Source of the DNA: an uncultured Fibrobacteria bacterium
GTDB lineage: Bacteria > Fibrobacterota > Fibrobacteria > UBA11236
DNA: 64,000 nt
Direction of reading: 5' to 3'
Assembly: GCA_963716395.1 (NCBI GenBank)
Contig: OY970309.1
Location: forward strand, 3,456,001 to 3,520,000
The translations under genes were made by a program, and so were the position numbers. Shown in pieces: positions 58,403 to 64,000 of this stretch (position 1 is its first letter; every line of letters begins with the position of its first letter). Under the pieces are notes generated by a model, which was not told the DNA's origin, made no database searches, and saw nothing but the letters and a program-made list of their open reading frames with translations.

Positions 58403-59499
58403 CTAGGCCAACAAGGGGAGCAACGCCTGGCGCAAGGCGGGTCCCGGTCGATAATCGCGCCAACGGGCGGCAAAAGTCATGCGCGCCTTGTCTGCATATT
58501 CCCGCCGCAGCGTATCGTCGCCCGCCAGGGTTTCCATGGCCCCGGCCAGGACTTCGGGGCGCGCACAATCCGTAGCCAGGGCGCAGTCGGCGGCGAATTC
58601 GGACGCCGCACTTTGACCGTGGTAAATGCAGGCCTTGCCCGCCTGCAAGGCCTCGAAGAGAGGCAGACCGAATCCCTCATACATGGCGCTCGCCACGAAA
58701 ACGGAGCAGCCCTGCACGAAGGCGCGGCGCGCGGTTTCGGACACATGGCCGTGAAAAAAAACCATGTGTTCCAACCCTAACGCGGCACGCAAGCCCAGTG
58801 CGGCGCCACCGTCCCAGGCCTGATGGCCGAGAATATGCAGAGGCGGCGGACTCGGATGTCGCCGGGCGAAGCGGGCGTAAGCCTCCAAGAGTCCCGGATA
58901 GTTTTTGCGCGGTTCGACATTGCCCACGGCCAGGAAATAGGGTGGGTCCGGAACTCCGGCGTGCGAAGCCCCCCCGGCATCCTGGAGATCATTTCCGGAA
59001 ACGGGCGGCACCACGCGATTTTTTCCGGCGCAATGCCCAGCAGGGCGTGCAGCCGATCGCGGGTGAACGCGGCGCTGGTGACGATGCCGTCGGCAGCGGG
59101 GATTCGCCGCCGCATCCAATTCCGGTTGAACTGCGGATGGCCCGAAGCCGCGAACGGCAAAGCCTCCAGGGGAGCCGCGTCGGGCACAAGCAGGGCGTAC
59201 CGCGCAGGGGGCCGGAGCGCCGGCAAGCTCTGGCCCAAGCACAACACGACCCGTGGTCGCAGCGCGGCGATCAGCACCGGCCACACGCATTCACAAAAAA
59301 AACGGTAGGGCCGCGGAGGCATCCGCAGCCGGCCGATTCCCTCCGGAACCCATCCGTCCGCTATTCCCCAGGGCAAGACCACGCGGATTTCGGCCGCATC
59401 GCGTAAATCGGACAAGGCCGCAACGAACAAGCGTACGTGGCGGCCCAATCCCGAATCGTTGCGCACCGCCAGCGCCTCTACCAGCAATAATGGTTTCAT
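58403..59499 (-). CDS. Glycosyltransferase family 4 with one frameshift near 59014
   Basis: N-half (NDSGLGRH) in one frame; C-half (FLAVGNVEPRKN, YEGFGLPLFEAL) in another. One missing base at ATC GCG TGG would restore it. Confidence 0.85.
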
Positions 59500-60797
59500 G
59501 GAGACGGGCGTCCTTCTTCATCCCGCCCCTGCCGGTTCCGGATCGGCCGCAGGCGGATTTCCACCGCACGCGTCGCGATCAAAGCCACGAAGCCGCAGAG
59601 CACGGGTAATAGCGGAAAGACAAAGCGCGCATAGGCACTGACCAGGGTCAGGCCCGCCAGGCTGATTGCTGCGAAGCCAAGCATCCACCGGAATTCCGGG
59701 GCCAAGTTCCGCCGGCGGCGAAGGGCAGGCCACAGGCACAACAGGCACACGAACCAGATGGGCGAGAAAACCAAGCCCAGATTACCCGTGCGCTCCTGCG
59801 AATGCGAAGTGGGAAAAAACGAGAAGGGATAATTGAAAATCAGCCGGTTGACATTGGCCCGCCAATTCTGAAACACCTTGACCGGATGCGTCTGGATATT
59901 GCTCCAGGCCGCCCGGCGAAAAGCCCGGTCGCGGCGCACCTCGTCCCAGTTCTGGATCGAATCGAGGAAAGGCGCTTCGCTGGGAAAAAAGGCGGGATAA
60001 TGCGCGGCCAATTCGATGGGAATCACGTCTCCCAACAAATCCTTTTCCGGCAAGGTCAGTGAATACCACTGCGCGCCGCCGGTATTGCCCCAATAAAACC
60101 ATCGGCCCGTGAGGCGGTAGGTGTACAAAAGATACGGAGTGCACAACAGCAAACCCAAAGCCGCCACCCCGGCCCCGCGCCGCCACACCCGGTTGCGGAG
60201 CAGCACGCCGGCCACACCCACGACGGCTTGCGCGACCAGAACATAGGCGAAAAAAAATTTGGTCAAGGCCAGTGCCGCGGCGTAAAACGCCGCCCAGCCC
60301 CAATGCCGGCGGGGCGAGGCGGAGTGCGGCGCGGCGCAAAAGTGATACAGATATCCCGCCACCAACAGGGCGGAAAGGGATTCGGTCATGAGCAGGTGCA
60401 TCCAGGGCAGATCAAAGGCGACGATATAGGCGCAGGCGGCCGCGGCCCAACGCCGGGACACGGCCTCGGGCAGATACAGCCGCAGGGTGCGCCGCAGAAA
60501 GGCGAGGGTTCCCAGCAGAAAAAAAGCATTGAGCATTTTCGCCCACAACAGCGGCACATGTAGCCAGCGGAAGGGCACGAGCACCAGGGGATAGCCGGGA
60601 CCGTTCCAGATGAATTTCGTGCCAGGATCGGCATAATACCCGTGCAGCAAATGATCGGCGCAGGCTACGAAGCGATCTTCGTCGAGTTGAAACCCGGCCT
60701 GCGCGCGCCACGCAATCCAGGCCAGCAGTACTATCAGCCAGACACCGTCCAGGAGCCGGGCGCGAATGGCGGGCGTCGCAAAGCGTCGCAAGGGCAC
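59496..60797 (-). CDS. GT-C superfamily (ArnT/PMT-like) membrane glycosyltransferase
   Basis: DE motif after TM1, PGYP, LMTESL, multiple TMs, late RF.FP. Confidence 0.7.
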   Translation of the reverse strand: MPLRRFATPAIRARLLDGVWLIVLLAWIAWRAQAGFQLDEDRFVACADHLLHGYYADPGTKFIWNGPGYPLVLVPFRWLHVPLLWAKMLNAFFLLGTLAFLRRTLRLYLPEAVSRRWAAAACAYIVAFDLPWMHLLMTESLSALLVAGYLYHFCAAPHSASPRRHWGWAAFYAAALALTKFFFAYVLVAQAVVGVAGVLLRNRVWRRGAGVAALGLLLCTPYLLYTYRLTGRWFYWGNTGGAQWYSLTLPEKDLLGDVIPIELAAHYPAFFPSEAPFLDSIQNWDEVRRDRAFRRAAWSNIQTHPVKVFQNWRANVNRLIFNYPFSFFPTSHSQERTGNLGLVFSPIWFVCLLCLWPALRRRRNLAPEFRWMLGFAAISLAGLTLVSAYARFVFPLLPVLCGFVALIATRAVEIRLRPIRNRQGRDEEGRPSP

Positions 60798-60877
60798 GCT
60801 TCAGAATACCATAGCGGTACACGCCGGATCGCGGCTTTGGCAGCCCTCAGAACGCGGAGCTATGCTTTGTTTACTCC

Positions 60878-62077
60878 ATGTATTATCAGGCGGATTGGTT
60901 GCTGACTTTGGACGCCCCTCCCTTGCCCGGAGGGTGGCTGCGCGTCGCAGGAGATCGCCTCGCGGCCATCGGCACGCCGGCGGAATTGCCGTCTGGGGCG
61001 GAGGTCACGCGCTTTTCCGGCTGCGCGCTTTTGCCCGGACTCATCAATCTTCACGCCCATCTCGAATTGACATCGCTGCAAGGCCGTTTGCCGGCGGGGA
61101 TAGCTTTCTCCGCTTGGGTGCGGGCGCTGCGGGCGGCAACCGCGGGTTATACTCACGACGATTACCTCGACGCCGCGCGGCACGGCATCGCGCAATTACT
61201 GCGCGGAGGGTGCACCTCGGTGGTCGATGTCGGCAATACCGGCGCTGCTTTGCAGGCTTTGACCGAAAGCCCGTTGCGCGCCTGGCCCTTGGTAGAAGTG
61301 CTGGGTTTGAACCCGGCCGCGGCCATGGAAAAAATGCAGGCAGCGCAAGCTTTGATCGACGGCCTGCGGCCGGCGCCGCTCCAAAGCCCCGGAGTGGCGG
61401 CGCATTCGGCCTATGCCTGTTCGCGGGAATTGTTGCTGGCCGTGGCGGATGACCAACGCCGGCGCGGTCAGCCGTTTTCGCTGCATGCCGCCGAAAGCGG
61501 CGAAGAACGGGATCTCTTCGCTTCGGGTGCGGGAGGCCTGCGGGAATTTTGCCGTTCGATTTATCCGCAAGCACCGGCGCATCACCATACCTCGGCTTTA
61601 CAATACCTCGACGACATCGGCATGAAACCGAATCGTCCTTTGATCATCCACGCCAATTACGCCACCGAAGACGACACGCAATGGCTGGCCCGCGTAGAGG
61701 CGACGGTGGTGCATTGTCCGGGCAGCCATGCCTTTTTCGTTCACGCGCCATTTCCCTGGGAACACTTGCGGCGTCACGGCATTCCCGTCTGCCTGGGAAC
61801 GGACAGCCTGGCATCGGGAGATTCCCTTTCCATGCTGGATCAACTTCGGGCTTTCCACCGGAAATTTCCGGTTACGGCCGAAGAGGCGATTCGCATGGCG
61901 ACGGTGTATGCGGCCCGGGCCTTGGGTCGTAGCCGTGACCTAGGGATTTTAGTTCCCGGCTATCAAGCTGACTTCATCGCCGTCACCGCCCGTGCATCAC
62001 CCTATGAAGCGGTTTTGCAGGAAGAGGCCGAAGTCGTCTTGAGCGTAATCGGCGGGAAACCGGCTTGGAAGCACTAG
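60878..62077 (+). CDS. Metal-dependent amidohydrolase (deaminase; aminodeoxyfutalosine deaminase-like)
   Basis: PGLINLHAHLE, HSAY, LHAAES, IHAN, HCPGS, LGTDSLAS. Confidence 0.88.
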   Translation: MYYQADWLLTLDAPPLPGGWLRVAGDRLAAIGTPAELPSGAEVTRFSGCALLPGLINLHAHLELTSLQGRLPAGIAFSAWVRALRAATAGYTHDDYLDAARHGIAQLLRGGCTSVVDVGNTGAALQALTESPLRAWPLVEVLGLNPAAAMEKMQAAQALIDGLRPAPLQSPGVAAHSAYACSRELLLAVADDQRRRGQPFSLHAAESGEERDLFASGAGGLREFCRSIYPQAPAHHHTSALQYLDDIGMKPNRPLIIHANYATEDDTQWLARVEATVVHCPGSHAFFVHAPFPWEHLRRHGIPVCLGTDSLASGDSLSMLDQLRAFHRKFPVTAEEAIRMATVYAARALGRSRDLGILVPGYQADFIAVTARASPYEAVLQEEAEVVLSVIGGKPAWKH

Positions 62078-62101
62078 CTTCAAAGCCATGCGGCCAATCA
62101 A

Positions 62102-62749
62102 TCAAATACCCGAGCTTAAATGTGTGGGCGAAGATTTGTTGGCTTCCACCATCCAAATCACGGCGCCGGTTCCCACCACGGCCGCGGTAATGCCGGCGGT
62201 CCACCAAACCCAGGCATGGCTTGGCTCCTTGGGTTCGATCTCGGAGTTATCGGGTTTGGCCGCGGGAACCGGTTTGGTCTCCGGACCGGAGTTGGCCACA
62301 ACCCGTTTCGATCCCGGCAGGGGGTTGCCGAAAGCATCGAAATGCGCCCGATATTCCTGGGTGTGCTGGTATTGGCTTTTCACTTTGTCGAACACCGCCT
62401 GGATGTCGTCGGATACGTACATGTCGACCAATTCGATATTGGGGGCCAACGGCAACAGCAAGCTGAAATAGCTTTCAGCCTTGGCTCTTTCGGCGGGATT
62501 TGCGGCATAGATCACACCGAGATATTTATACGCGAAAATCTTCTCGTCTTTGGTGGCGGTCTGACCCTCGTTTTTCAAAAACGATTCCAAAATATTTTTC
62601 ACCAAATCCAACTCGCCTTCGCGAAAGGTGACGCGCAACGAGGACATATCGAGGCTGCCATCGGGCCGCAATCCTTTTTCGGCGAATACCACGGAACACA
62701 GCAATAGGCCCAATAGCGCAGCACGCATTTTCCGCTCCTTGGCAAACAT
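62102..62749 (-). CDS. Hypothetical exported protein with a TPR-like segment and C-terminal TM anchor
   Basis: Signal peptide, AYKYLGVIYA...AESYF..LL...P, C-terminal WVWWTAGITAAVVGTGAVIW. Confidence 0.75.
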   Translation of the reverse strand: MFAKERKMRAALLGLLLCSVVFAEKGLRPDGSLDMSSLRVTFREGELDLVKNILESFLKNEGQTATKDEKIFAYKYLGVIYAANPAERAKAESYFSLLLPLAPNIELVDMYVSDDIQAVFDKVKSQYQHTQEYRAHFDAFGNPLPGSKRVVANSGPETKPVPAAKPDNSEIEPKEPSHAWVWWTAGITAAVVGTGAVIWMVEANKSSPTHLSSGI

Positions 62750-62828
62750 CCGCCGCGCGAACCGGGTCTTTCACGCGCGAAAATCAAGACTAAAAAGTAT
62801 TAATTCGGATTCTCGCAGGCGGAGGAAT

Positions 62829-62905
62829 TGGTCGGGGCTACATGATTCGAACATGCGACCCTCAGCTCCCAAAGCTGATGCTCTACCAGACTGAGCTAAG
62901 CCCCG
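62829..62905 (-). tRNA. tRNA-Pro (UGG)
   Basis: 77-nt cloverleaf CGGGGCTTAGCTCAGTCTGGTAGAGC-A-TCAGC-TTTGGGA-GCTGA...GTTCGAATC...AGCCCCGACCA with encoded CCA. Confidence 0.96.
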
Positions 62906-63174
62906 ATCCCGAACCTTGCAATTCACCCGGAAATCACGAGAATTTCCGGAAAATACTCCTGCCTTCCGGCCTTGCAATCGTACAAAAAACCGTGCGCGAT
63001 CCGTTCAGTTTGAGAACTCGGGCCGCCGGCAACGATTTTTCGGGATGTGACTCCGGTCACTTGACTCCCAGCATCACGATGAAAGCCGGCCCCCTTTCAT
63101 CCGAAGTCGTAGCGCGTCGCCCGACGCGGTCGCGGCAAAAACGAGAAGCCCGCGCGCATTTATCTTTCCTTGCC

Positions 63175-64000
63175 ATGCTGGTTTCACAACTTGTCGTCAA
63201 AACCTTGCGCGAAGCGCCGGCCGGGGCCGAACTTCCCAGTCATATTTTTCTGCTGCGGGGCGGCTACATCAAACAGTTGGCTTCGGGATTGTATTCTATC
63301 CTGCCGCTGGGCTTGCGCGTGCTGCGCAAAATCGAAGCCGTCATTCGCGCCGAAATGAACGCCCTCGGCGGCCAGGAAATAAGCCTGCCGCTGGTGCAGC
63401 CGGCCGAGTTGTGGCGGGAATCAGGACGCGAGACGTCCATCGGCGCCGAATTGTTGCGCTTCAAAGATCGCAACGAGCATCCCATGGTGCTGGCCATGAC
63501 GCATGAGGAAGCCGTCACCGATGTGGGACGCCATTACCTCAATTCGTACAAGCAATTGCCTTTCATGGTCTATCAATTCGCGCTCAAATTCCGCGACGAA
63601 CCGCGGCCGCGCGGCGGCCTGGTGCGTGTACGCGAATTCGTCATGAAAGATGCCTACAGCTTTCACCGCAGCGAAGAGGATCTCGACGCCTTTTACCAGC
63701 AGGTCTATGCCGCCTACGCGCGCATTTTCGGGCGCGTGGGCATTCGCCCCGTGGTGGTGAAATCCGACCCGGGCATGATGGGCGGCAAGCTGGCGCATGA
63801 ATTCATGCTCGAAAGCGGGCATGGCGAAGATTACCTGATTCTGGCGCGCGACGGCTCCTACGCCGCCAACCAGGAAATCGCCGAGTTCCACCGCGAATCG
63901 ATTCCCGAAGATCCGCTACCCCTGGAAAAAATCGCCACGCCCGGCCGCAAAACCATCGACGAGGTTTCCGGATTTCTCGGCGTCGAGCCGCGCCGCACCA
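63175..64000 (+). CDS. proS: Proline--tRNA ligase (3'-truncated by the window; absent from the ORF track)
   Basis: Hand translation MLVSQLVVKTLREAP...SHIFLLRGGYIKQLASGLY..LPLG, LAMTHEE, KFRDEPRPRGGLVRVREFVMKDAYSF. Confidence 0.96.
   Translation, partial: MLVSQLVVKTLREAPAGAELPSHIFLLRGGYIKQLASGLYSILPLGLRVLRKIEAVIRAEMNALGGQEISLPLVQPAELWRESGRETSIGAELLRFKDRNEHPMVLAMTHEEAVTDVGRHYLNSYKQLPFMVYQFALKFRDEPRPRGGLVRVREFVMKDAYSFHRSEEDLDAFYQQVYAAYARIFGRVGIRPVVVKSDPGMMGGKLAHEFMLESGHGEDYLILARDGSYAANQEIAEFHRESIPEDPLPLEKIATPGRKTIDEVSGFLGVEPRRT

Noticed and set aside
58990-59030. Programmed frameshift or phase variation in the GT4 gene
   Set aside because: The nearby A6 run is short and both halves look intact. 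With similar indels elsewhere in the window, a consensus error is more parsimonious.
62829-62905. tRNA-Pro as an integration site for an island
   Set aside because: No integrase, no duplicated tRNA 3' end and no clear compositional shift nearby.
63170-63358. 62-aa ORF from the track
   Set aside because: Off-frame shadow of proS, whose true frame starts at ATG 63175.

Overview
GC-rich bacterial chromosomal window with dense coding. Fibrobacterota or a related FCB lineage is my inference, from a PorV-like barrel, a giant vWA surface protein ending in a W-D...G-NGVYVW tail, and recurring TAnnTT promoter boxes. Left arm: a degenerate GGDEF protein, a sigma-54 activator with a pseudo-receiver, obgE, and an ExbB/ExbD/ExbD/AgmX-type (AglRQS-GltG-like) motor cluster. 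Directly after it lies a 12-gene Wzx/Wzy polysaccharide operon (Wza, Wzc, Wzx, priming transferase, 5 GT4, GT2, Wzy-like, GT9), then mltG and a roughly 2,000-aa vWA surface protein broken by a cluster of indels. Middle: serC, queF, hisS, surE, gyrA, gmhA, zwf, ung, a membrane pseudokinase-TPR protein and a candidate structured ncRNA. Right arm: a tightly coupled operon LON-N / HAD-like-NUDIX / folB / FolM-like SDR / pspC / GH84 / UbiD, then PorV-like, STAS-PEGA, GT4, GT-C, amidohydrolase, and tRNA-Pro(UGG) divergent from proS (runs off the window). I saw no mobile elements, CRISPR arrays or rRNA. Three frameshifted loci look like consensus indel errors. All calls come from motif recognition by eye; no searches were run.
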